A program made the translations under genes and the position numbers. A stretch of DNA of 64,000 nt from Mobula hypostoma (Eukaryota): NCBI RefSeq assembly GCF_963921235.1, contig NC_086097.1, positions 99,636,001 through 99,700,000 on the forward strand, given 5' to 3'. Under the pieces are notes generated by a model, which made no database searches, was not told where the DNA came from, and saw only the letters and a list, made by a program, of their open reading frames with translations. Of the stretch, positions 1 through 13,605 are shown piece after piece (positions within the stretch are counted from its first letter, which is position 1; each line of letters starts with the position of its first letter).

Positions 1-320
1 AGTTCAGCTACAAAGCCCATTGTTCCTGATTTGTAAACAATAACCAGTAACTCCCATGGTCAGTCTGGGAAAGGGAGAAGGCTGGGCCTGTTTTCGGTCA
101 CCATACAATCTCTACCATAATCAGCCTGGGCTTAACCCCTTTAATGTCACACTGACCCACAGACAGCTTAATCGCAGTTCCTAGTCACCCCACAGTGACC
201 TTGGTTAACTCACCTGAAACCCACAGTGATATTCGTCACCTTACAGAGACTGTGGTCACCTCAGATTGACCCTCGACAGTCACTCCACACTGACCATGAC
301 TATGCCACAGTCATCCCCTG

Positions 321-652
321 GTGGGAGTGTCCAAGACCAGAGGACACAGCCTCAACATAGAGGGGTGTCCTTCTAGAACGGAGGTGAAGAGGAATTTCTT
401 CAGCCAAAGAGTGGTGAATCTGTGGAATTCTTTGCCACAGGCAGCTGTAGAGGCCAAGTTTTTATGTATATTTAAGACAGAGGTTGATAGATTCTTGATT
501 AGTCAGGGCATGACGGGATACGGGGTGGGAGGGAGAGGCAGGAGTTTTGGGGCTGAGAGGAAAATTGGATCAGCCATGATTGAATGGTGGAGCAGACTCA
601 ATGGGCCAAATTGCTTAATTCTGCCCCTATATCTTGTGATCTTATGGTCTTA
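321..652 (+). mobile_element. CR1 LINE 3' fragment
   Basis: TRGHSL...RNFFSQRVVNLWNSLP C-terminus plus CR1 3' UTR ending in atggtcttat. Confidence 0.85.
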
Positions 653-959
653 TCACCGACTTCATGTGTGCATGAGTGTGTACCCACAAAAACATTCTGA
701 GCCTTCCCCAACCAAAAACCCTGATGAAAGGCCACTGCAAGAATGAAGAGGTAATTCCGGACTAAAGTTGGAATCACAGATAAACACTGGTCAGCAGTGG
801 CAGATTTTGCACAATATGACTTCCCACAGGCTTGATCGGTCAGCATAACTGGCAACAACCCATCCTTCCCAGATGAGCTCAGTGCATTTAAAGCAAGCTT
901 TGATAGGGAGAACTATGACACAGCCACATGAGCTCCTGTTTCTCCAGATGAGCTGGCAA

Positions 960-1760
960 TGGTTCCCCGGTACAATAAGATGGACTCTTGACCTCACAAT
1001 CTTGCACTTTACTGTCTGCTTGCATTGCATTTACTCTGCAGCTATTACACTTTATTGCGAATTCTGTTACTGTTTTACCTTACACCACCTCAATCCACTG
1101 TGATCAAAACAAGCTCAGTACATACAACAATAATAAACCAATTCCAATAATCTCAGTCCCTGCAGATGTCATCCAAGCAACCTTCAAGAGAATGAATCCA
1201 CAAAAGACATTTGGTCCAGATGGTTTACATGGTTGAGTACTAAAGATCAGTGTGGACCTATAGACAAACTTCAGTAGATGTGTGGTGGAGAGTTTATTGG
1301 CTGGCTACATTACAGCCTGATATAGAAACACCAATATGCTTGAATGGAGATCTTACAAAAATTCGTGGATGTGGCCCAGTCCATCACAGGTAAAGCCCTT
1401 TCCGCCATTGAGTACATTTACATGGAGCAATGTCACATGAAAGCAGCAAATACCACCAGGAACAACTACCACCCAGAACACACTCTCCTCTCACTGCTGC
1501 CATCAGGAAGAAGGTACAAGAGCCTCAGGGCTCAAACCACCAGGTTCAGGAACAGTAATAACCCATCAACCATCAGGATCTTAAACCAGAGGGAATAACT
1601 GCCCTATCACAGAACTGTCCCCACAACCTATGGACTCACTTTCAAGGCCTTTTCATCTCATATTCTCAATGTTTATTGCTAATTTATTTATTATTATTTT
1701 CTTCTTTTGTTTTTGCACACTGGTTGTCTTCCCTATTGGGTGAAGTTTTTCATTGATTCT
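960..1760 (+). mobile_element. Degenerate Rex1/Babar-like LINE fragments
   Basis: GPDG motif, LLPSGRRYKSLRAQTTRFRNS C-terminus and 3' UTR tails. Confidence 0.7.
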
Positions 1761-1985
1761 AAAGTTCAAAGTTCAAAGTAAATTTTATTATCAAAATACA
1801 TATATGTCACGATATACAACTCGGAGATTAATTTTCTTGTGGGCATACTCAATAAATCTATAGAATAATAACCATGGTCAGGGCATCAAAGGACATGGCG
1901 AAAAGGCAGGTGTTTGGAGTTGAATAGGATCAGCCGTGGTGGAATGGCGGAGCAGACTTGATGGGCTGAATGGACTAATTCTGTT

Positions 1986-2374
1986 CATAGAACATAGAGC
2001 ATAGAATACTACAGCACAGTACAGGCCCTTCAGCCCACATTGTTGTGCTGACCCTCAAACCCTGCCTCCCATATAAGCCCCCACCTTAAATTTCTCCGTA
2101 TTCCTATCTAGTAGTCTCTTAAACTTCACCAGTGTATCTGCCTCCACCACTGACTCAGGCAGTGTATTCCACACACCAACCACTCTCTGAGTAAAAAACC
2201 TTCCTCTAATATCCCCCTTGAACTTTCCACCCCTTACATTAAAGCCATGTCCCCTTGTATTGAGCAATGGTGCCCTGGGGAAGAGGCGCTGGCTATCCAC
2301 TCCATCTATTCCTCTTAATATCTTGTATACCTCTATCATGTCTCCTCTCATCCTCCTTCTCTCCAAAGAGTAAA
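1986..2374 (-). mobile_element. CR1 3'-end copy inserted into an older + strand CR1 tail (1876-2394)
   Basis: ORF 2055-2366 is the CR1 C-terminus, with a (TTCTATG)n tail. Host tail ctaattctgttc resumes as ctatgacttatggtctta. Confidence 0.85.
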
Positions 2375-2459
2375 GTCTATGACTTATGGTCTTACAACAG
2401 AATCAATGAAAGGCTGGCCAACCAGAGTGCAGAAGACAACGAAACTACGCAAATATTTT

Positions 2460-5119
2460 AAAAGGGCGGAAAAAGGGGAGGAGGGGTGGCATTACTGGTC
2501 AGGGATACTATTACAGCTACAGAAAGGGTGAGTAATGTAGCAGGATCCTCTTTTGAGTCAGTATGGGTGGAGGTCAGGAACAGGAAGGGAGCAGTTACCC
2601 TACTGGGGTATTCTATAGGCCCCCTGGTAGCAGCAGAGATACAGAGGAGCAGATTGGGAGGCAGTTTTGGAAAAGTGCAAAAATAACAGGGTTGTTATCC
2701 TGGGTGACTTTAACTTCCTTAATATTGATTGGCACCTGATTAGTTCCAAGGGTTTAGATGGGGCAGAGTTTGTTAAGTGTGTCCAGGACGGATTCCTGTC
2801 ACAGTATGTGGACAGGCCGACTAGGGGGAATGCCATACTAGATCTACTACTAGGTAATGAACCGGGTCAGGTCACAGATCTCTCAGTGGGTGAGCATCTG
2901 GGGGACAGTGACCACCGCTCCCTGGCCTTTAGCATTATCATGGAAAAGGACAGAATCAGAGAGGACAGGAAAATTTTTAATTGGGGAAGGGCAAATTATG
3001 AGGCTATAAGGCTAGAACTTGCGGGTGTGAATTGGGATGATGTTTTTGCAGGGAAATGTACTATGGACATGTGGTCGATGTTTAGAGATCTCTTGCAGGA
3101 TGTTAGGGATAAATTTGTCCCGGTGAGGAAGATAAAGAATGGTAAGGTGAAGGAACCATGGGTGACAAGTGAGGTGGAAAATCTAATCAGATGGAAGAAG
3201 GCATCATACATGAGGTTTAGGAAGCAAGGATCAGATGGGTCTATAGAGGATATAGGGAAGCAAGAAAGGAGCTTAAGAAGGGGCTGAGAAGAGCAAAAGG
3301 GGGCATGAGAAGGCCTTGGCAAGTAGGGTAAAGGAAAACCCCAAGGCATTCTTCAATTATGTGAAGAAAAAAAGGATGACAGGAGTGAAGGTAGGACCGA
3401 TTAGAGATAAAGGTGGGAAGATGTGCCTGGAGGCTGTGGAAGTGAGCGAGGTCCTCACTGAATACTTCTCTTCGGTATTCACCATTGAGAGGGAACTTGA
3501 TGATGGTGAGGACAATATGAGTGAGGTTGATGTTCTGGAGCATGTTGATATTAAGGGAGAGGAGGTGTTGGAGTTGTTAAAATACATTAGGACGGATAAG
3601 TCCCCAGGGCCTGACGAAATATTCCACTAGGCGAGGGAAGAGATTACTGAGCCTCTGGCTAGGATCTTTATGTCCTCGTTGTCCACGGGAATGGTACCGG
3701 AGGATTGGAGGGAGGCGAATGTTGTCCCCTTGTTCAAAAAAGGTAGTAGGGATAGTCCCGTTAATTATAGACCAGTGAGCCTTATGTCTGTGGTGGGAAA
3801 GCTGTTGGAAAAGGTTCTTAGAGATAGGATCTCTGGGTATTTAGAGAATCATGGTCTGATCAGGGACAGTCAGCATGGCTTTGTGAAGGGCAGATCGTGT
3901 CTAACAAGCCTGATAGAGTTCTTTGAGGAGGTGACCAGGCATATAGATGAGGGTAGTGCAGTGGATTTTAGTAAGGCGTTTGACAAGGTTCCACATGATA
4001 GGCTTATTCAGAAAGTCAGAAGGCGTGGGATCTGGGGAAGTTTGGCCAGGTGGATTCAGAATTGGCTTGCCTGCAGAAGGCAGAGGGTCATGGTGGAGGG
4101 AGTACATTCAGATTGGAGGATTGTGACTAGTGGTATCCCACAAGGATCTGTTCTGGGACCTCTACTTTTCGTGATTTTTATTAATGACCTGGATGTGGGT
4201 GTAGAAGTGTGGGTTGGCAAGTTTGCAGATGACACAAAGGTTGGTGGTATTGTAGATAGTGTAGAGGATTGTCAAAGATTGCAGAGAGACATTGATAGGA
4301 TGCAGAAGTGGGCTGAGAAGTGGCAGATGGAGTTCAACCCAGAGAAGTGTGAGGTGGTACACTTTGGAAGGACAAACTCCAAGGCAGAGTACAAAGTAAA
4401 TGGCAGGATACTTGATAGTGTGGAGGATCAGAGGGATCTGGGGGTACATGTCCACAGATCCCTGAAAGTTGCCTCACAGGTGGATAGGGTTAGTTAAGAA
4501 AGTTTATGGGGTGTTAGCTTTCATAAGTTGAGGGATAGAGTTTAAGAGTCGCTTTGTAATGATGCAGCTCTATAAAACTCTGGTTAGGCCACACTTGGAG
4601 TACTGTGCCCAGTTCTGGTCACCTCACTATAGGAAGGATATGGAACCATTGGAAAGGATACAGAGGAGATTTAGCAGGATGTTGCCTGGTTTAGAGAGTA
4701 TGGATTATGATCAGAGATTAAGGGAGCTAGGTTTTCACTCTTTGGAGAGAAGGAGGATGAGATGAGACATGATAGAGGTGTACAAGATAATAAGAGGAAT
4801 AGATAGAGTGGATAGCCAGCGCCTCTTCTCCAGGGCACCACTGCTCAATACAAGAGGACATGGCTTTAAGGTAAGGGGTGGGAAGTTCAAGGGGGATATT
4901 AGGGGGAGGTTTTTTACTCAGAGAGTGGTTGGTGCATGGAATGCACTGCCTGAGTCAATGGTGGAGGCAGATACACTAGTGAAGTTTAAGAGACTACTAG
5001 ACAGGTATATGGAGGAATTTAAGGTGGGGGATTATATGGGAGGCAGGGTTTGAGTGTCGGCACAACATTGTGGGCCGAAGGGCCTGTACTGTGCTGTACT
5101 ATTCTATGTTCTATGTTCT
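2460..5119 (+). mobile_element. CR1 LINE, 5'-truncated ORF2 (APE C-terminal half + RT), frameshifted
   Basis: GDFN, LDL, SDH endonuclease motifs; DFSKAFDKV, PQGSVLGP, FADD RT motifs; (TTCTATG)n tail. Confidence 0.95.
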
Positions 5120-5178
5120 AAATACAAGTAGAAATAAATAGCAATAAATAACGAGAACATGAGATGAGGAGAATCCTT

Positions 5179-5989
5179 TGTCACATACCCCGTGATGGGT
5201 TAAGGAATCAGCAGAGATAGAAAACACCTTGGAGTCCAGTATTGGTATTAACTAATGGTATTTATTAGTAACTACGCAATACAGTAATATAAATGCAGAT
5301 AAATCAAACAGATTAGCAATGATTATATATAAGTAAGTATATCAGTAAGTGTGGAAATATATGAAAATCAAGCTTCATCAAGCCTAGGGGTAAATAGATA
5401 CAGTCTTACGATGATGAGTTAAGTTCAGTTCAGTTCGTGGTATTGAGTTGAGTAGTAATGGATAGAGAGAGAGGGAGAGATTTGAGTCTTCAGGTGAGCT
5501 GATGCCGTCGATCTTCCCGTTGTCCTCTGAAATCCTTTAAAAATCACCAACTGTGACCACAACAAAGGGGACCATTCTTCTGTGGTGGAACTATCAACCC
5601 AGGCGAGGGTTCGCACACATGAATAATTCCCCACCGGTCACGTCCTGTTCACACTGCAAGAACCACTGATTGATCCACCTGGTCGATCCTCCAAAACCCA
5701 CTTTTTCTGTGGGCACAACAAAGCTCATTCAGTGTCCAAAATCATGTGTGTCAGGTCATCTGACCTCCTATTTATCTCACCGTACTGAGTACCAACTGTC
5801 TCTCAAATATCTCCTCCCTTCTCTGTCTGTGTAAGAATGTACAAGAAGGCAATGTCCTTAGGAAATGTAAACATACTGTGAGCAGTCTTTGCCTCTCTCT
5901 CTTTTAAAAACAAGATGTCAGTGTTAAATATCTCTTTTTCTCTCTTTGCAAAAGCACAGTTCATAGGGGTAATCAAGGACCCTGTCATA
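5179..5989 (-). mobile_element. Solo LTR (Gypsy-type) with 4-bp TSD CCTT
   Basis: Begins TGTCAC, ends TGTCATA, flanked by cctt (5175-5178 and 5990-5993). The host repeat resumes after it. Confidence 0.75.
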
Positions 5990-5999
5990 CCTTGAAAGT

Positions 6000-8030
6000 G
6001 AGTCCATAGGTTGTAGGAACATTTCAATGATGGTGAAGTTGAGGGAAGTTATCCCCTTTGCTCAGCAACCTAATAGTTGAGGGGTAGTAACTCTTCCTGA
6101 ACCTGGTGGTGCGAATCCTGAGGCTCCTGTACCTTTTTCTTGATGGCAGAAGTGAGAAGACCTGGGTGGTGGGGAACCTTGATGATGGATGCTGCTCTCC
6201 TACCACATTTGATGTAGATGAATTTGAATTGACTTTATTACTTACATCCTTCATATTCATGAGGGGTAAAAATCTTTACGTTACCTCTCTGTCTGAATGT
6301 GCAATGTGCAGTTTATAGTAATTTATAATAAATAGTATGTACAACAGGACAGTCAATATAACATAGAAATACAGTTGTGTCAGCATGAGTTAATCAGTCT
6401 GGTGGCCTGGTGGAAGACGCTGTCCCCGAGCCTGTTGGTCCTGGCTTTTATGCTGCAGTACTGTTTCCCGAATGGAAGCAGCTGGAACAGTTTGTGGTTG
6501 GGGTGACTTGGGTCCCCAGTGATCCTTCAGGTCCATTTTTCACACCTGTCATTGTAAATGTCCTGAATCTACAGATGCACTGGGCTGTCCGCACCACTCT
6601 CTGCAGAGTACTGCGATTAAGGGAGGTACAGTTCCCATACCAGGCAGTGATGCAGCCAGTCAGGATGCTCTCAGTTGTGCCCCTGTAGACAATTCTTAGG
6701 ATTTGGGGGCTCACACCAAACTTCAACTGTTTGTGAAAGAGGCACTGTTGTGCCTTTTTCACCACACAGCTGGTATGTTCAAACCATGTGAGATCCTCGC
6801 TGATGTTTATGCCAAGGAACTTAAAGCTGTTCACCCTCTCAACCCCAGATCCACTGATGTCAATAGGGGTTAGCCCGTCTCCATTCCTCCTATAGCCCAC
6901 AACCAGCTCCTTTGTTTTTGCAACATTGAGGGAGAGGTTATTTTCTTAACACCACTGTGTCAGGGTGATGACTTCTGCTCTGTAGGCTGCCTCATTATTA
7001 TTTGAGATTAGGCCAATCAGTGTAGTGTTGTCAGCAAATTTAGTTAGCAGATTGGAGCTGTGGGTGGCAACAAAATCATGGGTATACAGGGAGTAAAGGA
7101 GGAAAATGGTTGGAAAAACTTTACACATGATAGTCTGGGCTGAGCCCACTACTTTTGTAGAATTTTACGTTCAAGGGCACTGGTGTTTCCATACCAGATT
7201 TTGATGCAGCCAGTCAATGTACTTACCACTACACATCTATAGAAGTTTGCCACAGTTTTAGATGTCATGCTGAATCTCCGCCAACTCGTAAGGAGGTAGA
7301 GGCACTGCCATGCTTTCTTCGTAAATGCACTTACGTGCTGGACCCAGGGCAATTACTCCGAAATAATAACACCTAGGAATTTAAAGTTGCTGACCCTCTT
7401 GACCTCTGATCCTCTGATGAGGACTAGCTCATGGACCTCCAGTTTCCCTTCCTAAACTCTATAATCAGTTCCTTGGTCTTGCCAACATTGAGTAAAAGGC
7501 TGTTGTTATGGCACCACTCAGCCAGATTTAAATTCTCCCTCCTACGTGCTGATTCATCACTATCTTTGGTTTGTCCTACAACAAACTTGTATATGGCATT
7601 GGAACTGTGCTTAGCCACAGAGTCATAAGTGTAAAACAAGGGGTTAAGCATACAGCCTTGTGGTGCACTGTGCTGATGGAGACTGTGGAGATGCTGTTGC
7701 CAATCTGAACTGATTGGGTCTACAAGTGAGAAAATCCAGGATCCAATTGGACAATGAGATATCGAGGCCAAGGTCTTGGAGCTTATAGATTAGTTTTGAG
7801 GGGATGATGGTATTGAATGCCGAGGTGTAATCGATAAAGAGCATCCTGATGTATGCACCTTTGCTATACAGATGTTCCGAGGTTTTGTGACGAGCCAGTG
7901 AGATGGCACCTGCTGTGGACCTGCCTGTTGCTCCGATATGCAAACTGGAGCAGATCCAAGTTGTCTCTCAAATGGGAGCCGATGTTTTCGACACCAACCT
8001 CTCAAAACACTTCATCACTGTAGATGTAAA
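6000..8030 (-). mobile_element. Stacked Rex1/Babar-like LINE RT fragments
   Basis: KFADNTTLIGLI, FKFLG, ESILTGCITAWYG, RMLFIDYTSAFNTI motifs in - strand ORFs. Confidence 0.8.
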
Positions 8031-8149
8031 TGTAGCTCAGCAATAGTTAATATGGTGATTAGATTTACTGAGTATGCCCACAAGAAAACAAATTTCAGGA
8101 TTGTATATAGTGACATATATATACTTTGATAATAAATTTTGTTTGAACT

Positions 8150-10100
8150 TTGACCATGGCTGAATACTGAAGATCTGTGCGGACCCACTAGCTGGAGTAT
8201 TTGTGGACATATTCAATCTCTCTCGCTTCTGTGGTATGAGGTTCTCACATGTTTCACAAAGGTGTCTAGTATACCATTTCCCTAGGCTAGTGTGATGACC
8301 TGCCTCAATGACTACTGTCCAGTGGCAGCTCACATCTACCTCAGTGAAGTGCTTTGAAAGGTTGGTTATAGCATGAATCAACCCCTGCCTCAGAGATAGC
8401 CTGCAACTGTTCCAGTTTGCCTACCACCACAACGGGTGAACAAAAGATCTGTCTCTCTTCACTGAGCTCTAGGCCATCTGGACAACAAGAACTGATGCAT
8501 CAGACTACTGTTCATCAACTGCAGCTTGGCATTCAGCACAAATATCCCATCTAAACACAACATCAAACTTCAAAATGTGGGTCTTTGTACCTCCCTCTGC
8601 AACTTGAAACTCGACTTCCTCATCCACACACCTCAAGCAGTGAGGATTGGAAACAACATCTCCTCCTCAATGATCACTAACACAGGTCTACCTCGAGGCT
8701 ATGTGCTTAGTTCCCTGATCTACATCTTAAGTGCACAAGATGGCATGGCTGAACACAGCTCCAATGCCACCTTCAAGATCACCAATGACACTACGGTTGT
8801 GGGAAGAATCACGGAGGGTGATCAGTCACCTTACCAGATTGAGACAGATCACCTGGTTGGGTGGTGCAACAGAAACAACCTCTTGCTCAGCATCAGAGAA
8901 ACAAAAGAGCTGATAGTTGTCATCCGGAATGGGAAGAATGGCAAATATGCGCTTGCCTACATTGGGGAGTGAGCACTTTTAAATTCATTGTCCAACACCC
9001 AGCATGTAAATGACGTCGCAAGTAAAGTATGCATCCTAACTCTCTCAGGAGTTCTGGCATGTCATGGAACACTCCAACAAACTTCGACAGACACACCATT
9101 CAAAGTATCCTGACTGGTTGCTGCACAGTCGGGAACAGAAAGTTAATTGTGCAGGAACATTAGAAGCGGCGGAGAATAGAGGGCCCAGCCCATACACCAC
9201 AGGTACACGCTCCTCCCCCAATGATAGTATCCAAAGTTACACACACCCACCATTGATAATATCCGCAGTTACCCCCACCATTGATAGTATCCACAGGTAC
9301 ACCCCCTCATTAATAATATCGACAGTTATCCCCCACCATTAATAGTATCCACAGGTACACACCCCCCATTGATAGTATCCACAGGTACACACCCCCATTA
9401 ATAGTATCCACAGGTACACACCCCCATTGATAATTTCCACACATACACACCCATTGATAGTATCCACAGGTACACACCACCCATTGATAGTATCCACAGG
9501 TACACCCCCATTGATAATATCCACATGTACACCCCCCCCATTGATAGTATCCACAGGTACACCCCCTCCCCATTGATAGTATCAACAGGTACATCCCCCA
9601 TTGATAGTATCCACATGTACACCCCCCCCCATTGATAGTATCCACAGGTACACCCCCTCCCCATTGATAGTATCAACAGGTACATCCCCCATTGATAGTA
9701 TCCACATGTACACCCCCCCCCATTGATAGTATCAACAGGTACACCCTCATTGATAGTATCCACAGGTACACCCCCATTGATTGTATCCACAGGTACACAC
9801 CCCCTCCCCATTGATAGTATCCACAGGTACACACAACTATTGATAGTATCCACAGGTACACCCCGCCCCATTGACAGTATGCACAGGTACACACCTCCCC
9901 CATTAATAATATCCACAGGTACACACCCTCCATAGATAGTGTCCACAGGTACACACCACCATTGATACAACCCACAGGTGCAGCCCCTGACATTGATAGA
10001 AACTACAGGTACACAACCCTTTGATAGTAAACACAGGTACACCCTCCCCCACAGGAGGTGATGCCTCACAAAGGCAAAATCTATCATCAATGATGCTGAC
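8150..10100 (+). mobile_element. Degenerate Rex1/Babar-like LINE RT interrupted by a minisatellite
   Basis: ORF 8526-8972 carries RT-like TGLPRG.VLS and DTTVVG motifs; LINE sequence resumes at about 10050. Confidence 0.7.
9195..10050. repeat. Degenerate minisatellite, unit about 29-32 bp (CCCATTGATAGTATCCACAGGTACAC+Cn)
   Basis: Visible tandem units with a variable C-run, degenerating toward both ends. Confidence 0.92.
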
Positions 10101-10362
10101 CATTTTAAGCATGGTCCTGCATTTTTCTGTAGCTACCATCCAGCAACAGGTACAAAAGCCTGAATCCACATTTGTGGATTCACAGAGTAATGGAACACTA
10201 CAGCACAAATATCCCTCCTTTGGCCCATCAACTCAATGCCAACTATTATTCTGTCCAGTCCCATCCACCTGCACCCAGACCCTAGCCTTCCATACCCCTC
10301 TCATCCAAGTACCTCCCCAAATTTTCCTTCAATGTTGAAACAGAACCTGCATCCAGCAGTTC

Positions 10363-10947
10363 CACTGGCAGCTCCTTCCACACACACCAGCCTCTGATTG
10401 AGGTTCACACTGGCAGCTCCTTCCACACACACCAGCCTCTGATTGAGGTTCACACTGGCAGCTCCTTCCACACACACCAGCCTCTGACTGAGGTTCACAC
10501 TGGCAGCTCCTTCCACACACACCAGCCTCTGACTGAGGTTCACACTGGCAGCTCCTTCCACACACACCAGCCTCTGACTGAGGTTCACACTGGCAGCTCC
10601 TTCCACACACACCAGCCTCTGACTGAGGTTCACACTGGCAGCTCCTTCCACACACACCAGCCTCTGACTGAGGTTCACACTGGCAGCTCCTTCCACACAC
10701 ACCAGCCTCTGACTGAGGTTCACACTGGCAGCTCCTTCCACACACACCAGCCTCTGACTGAGGTTCACACTGGCAGCTCCTTCCACACACACCAGCCTCT
10801 GACTGAGGTTCACACTGGCAGCTCCTTCCACACACACCAGCCTCTGACTGAGGTTCACACTGGCAGCTCCTTCCACACACACCAGCCTCTGACTGAGGTT
10901 CACACTGGCAGCTCCTTCCACACGCACCAGCCTCTGACTGAAGCTCA
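10363..10947. repeat. 45-bp minisatellite, 13 copies
   Basis: Unit CACTGGCAGCTCCTTCCACACACACCAGCCTCTGACTGAGGTTCA starting at 10363, 10408 ... 10903; copies near-identical. Confidence 0.97.
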
Positions 10948-10987
10948 CCCTTATGTGCATCTTAAATATTTCACCTTTCACCCTTTA

Positions 10988-13605
10988 CATAGAAACATAG
11001 AAAACCTACAGCACAATACAGGCCCTTCAACCCACAAAGTTGTGCCGAACATGTACTTACCTTAGAAATTACCTCGGGTTACCCATAGCCCTCTATTTTT
11101 CTGAGCTCCATGTCTCCAGGAGTCTCTTAAAAGACCCTATCATATCCGCCTCCACCACAACTGCCAGCAGCCCATTCTACGCACTCACCACTCTCTGTGT
11201 ATAAAAACTTACCTCTAACATCTTCTCTGTACCTACTTTCAAGCACCTTAAAACTGTGCCCTCTCGTGCTGGGCATTTCAGCCCTGGGAAAAAGCCTCTG
11301 GCTATCCACATGATCAATGCCTCTCATTATCTTGTACACCTCTATCAGGTCACCTCTCGTCCCCCGTCACTCCAAGGAGAAAAGGCCGAGTTCACTCAAC
11401 CTATTCTCATAAGGCATGCTCCCCAATCCAGGCAACACCCTTGTAAATCTTCTCTGCACCCTTTCTATCGTTTCCACATCCTTCCTGTAGTGAGGTGACC
11501 AGAACTGAGCACAATACTCCAACTGGGGTCTGACCGGGGTCCTATATAGCTGCAACATTACCTCTCAGCTCTTAAACTCAATCCCATGATTGATGAAGGC
11601 CAATGCACCATATGCCTTCTTAACCACAGAGTCAACCTGCAGAGCAGCTTTGAGTGTCCTATGGACACAGACCCCAAGATCCCTCTGATCCTCCACACTG
11701 CCAAGAATCTTGCCATTAATTCTATATTCTGCCATCATATTTGACCTACCAAAATGAACCACCTCACACTTATCTGGGTTGAACTCCATCTGCCACTTCT
11801 CAGTCCTGTTTTGCATCCTATTAATGTCCCGCTGTAACCTTTGACAGCCTTCCACACTATCCACAACACGTCCTACATTTGCGTCATCAGCAAATTTACT
11901 AACCCATCCCTCCACTTCCTCAACCAGGTCATTTGTAAAAATCACAAAGAGTAGGGGTCCCAGAACAGATCCCTGAGGCACACCACTGGTCACCAGCCTC
12001 CATGCAGAATATGACCTGCCTACAACCACTCTTTGCCTTCTGTGGGCAAGCCAGTTCTGGATCCACAAAGCAATGTCCCCTTGGATCCCATGCCTCCTTA
12101 CTTTCTCAATAAGCCTTGCATGGGGTACCTTATCAAATGCCTTGCTGAAATCCATATACACTACATCTACAGCTCTTCCTTCATCAATGTGTTTAGTCAC
12201 ATCCTCAAAAAATTCAATCAGGCTCGTAAGGCATGACCTGCCTTTGACAAAGCCATGCTGACTAATTTTAATCATATTATGCCTCTCCAAATGTTCATAA
12301 ATCCTGCCTCTCAGGATCTTTTCCATCAACTTACCAACCACTGAAATAAGACCCACTGGTCTATAATTTCCTGGGCTATCTCTACTCCCTTTCTTGAATA
12401 AAGGAATAACATCCGCAACCCTCCAATCCTCTGAAACCTCTCCCATCCTCATTGATGATGCAAAGATCATCGCCAGAGGCTCAGCAATCTCCTTCCTCAC
12501 CTCTCACAGTAGCCTGGGGTACATCCCATCCAGTCCTGATGACAGCCCCAACTTGATGCTTTCCAAAAGATCGAGCACATCCTCTTCCTTAACATCCACA
12601 TGCTCAAGCTTTTCAGTCCGCTGCAAGTCATCCATACAATCGCCAAGATCCTTTTCCATAGTGAATATTGAAGTAAAGTATTCATTAAGTACCTCTGCTA
12701 TCTCCTCCGGTTCCCCGGTTCCATACACACTTTTCCACTGTCACACTTGATTGGTCCTATTCTCTCACATCTTATCCTCTTGCTCTTCACATACTTGTAG
12801 AATGCCTTGGTGTTTTCCTTAATCCTGTCTGCCAAGGCCTTCTCATGGCCCCTTCTGGCTCTCCTAATTTCATTCTTAAGCTCCTTCCTGCTAGCCTTAT
12901 AATCTTCTAGATCTCTATCATTACCTAGTTTTTTCAAACCTTTCATAAGCTCTTCTTTTCTTTTTGACTAGATTTCCAACAGCCTTTGTACACCACGGTT
13001 CCTGTACCCTACCATCCTTTCCCTGTCTCATTGGAATGTACCCATGCAGAACCCCACACGAATATCCCCTGAACATTTGCCACATTTCTTCCGTACCTTT
13101 CCCTGAGAACATCGGTTTCCAATTTACGCTTCCAAGTTCCTGCCTGATAGCCTCATATGTTCCCTTACTCCAATTAAATGTTTCCCTAACTTGTCTGTTC
13201 CTATCCCTCTCCAATGCTATGGTGAAGGAGATAGAATTGTGATCACTATCTCCAAAATTGCTCTCCCACTGAGAGATCTGACACCTGACCAGGTTCATTT
13301 CCCAGTACTGTACCAGATCAAGTGCAGTCTCTCTTCTTGGAGGCCTATCTACGTATTGTGTCAAGAAACCTTCCTGAAGACACCTAACAAACTCCACCTC
13401 ATCTAAACCCCTCACTCTAGGGAGATGCTAATCAAGATTGAGGAAATTAAAATCTCCCACCACAACAGCTCTGTTATTATTACATCTTTCCAGAATCTGC
13501 TTCCCTATCTGCTCTCCGATGTCTCTGTTACTATTGGGTGGTCTATAAAAAACACCCTGTAGAGTTATTGACCCCTTCCTGTTCCTAACTTCCATCCACA
13601 GAGAC
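10988..13605 (-). mobile_element. CR1 LINE, 5'-truncated ORF2, inserted into an older CR1 3' fragment (about 10190-13790)
   Basis: ORF 11565-12500 RT (DFSKAFDKV, PQGSVLGP, FADD), APE remnants at 12921-13415, (TTTCTATG)n tail at 10988. Confidence 0.95.

Noticed and set aside
9310..10208. Cys/Gly/Tyr-rich ORFs resembling keratin-associated proteins
   Set aside because: Translations of the minisatellite, with frames switching at variable C-runs.
10301..10981. 226-aa and 183-aa repetitive ORFs; CRISPR-like look of the array
   Set aside because: Pure 45-bp tandem repeat without unique spacers. Open frames follow from the unit length being a multiple of 3, and the unit is CR1-derived.
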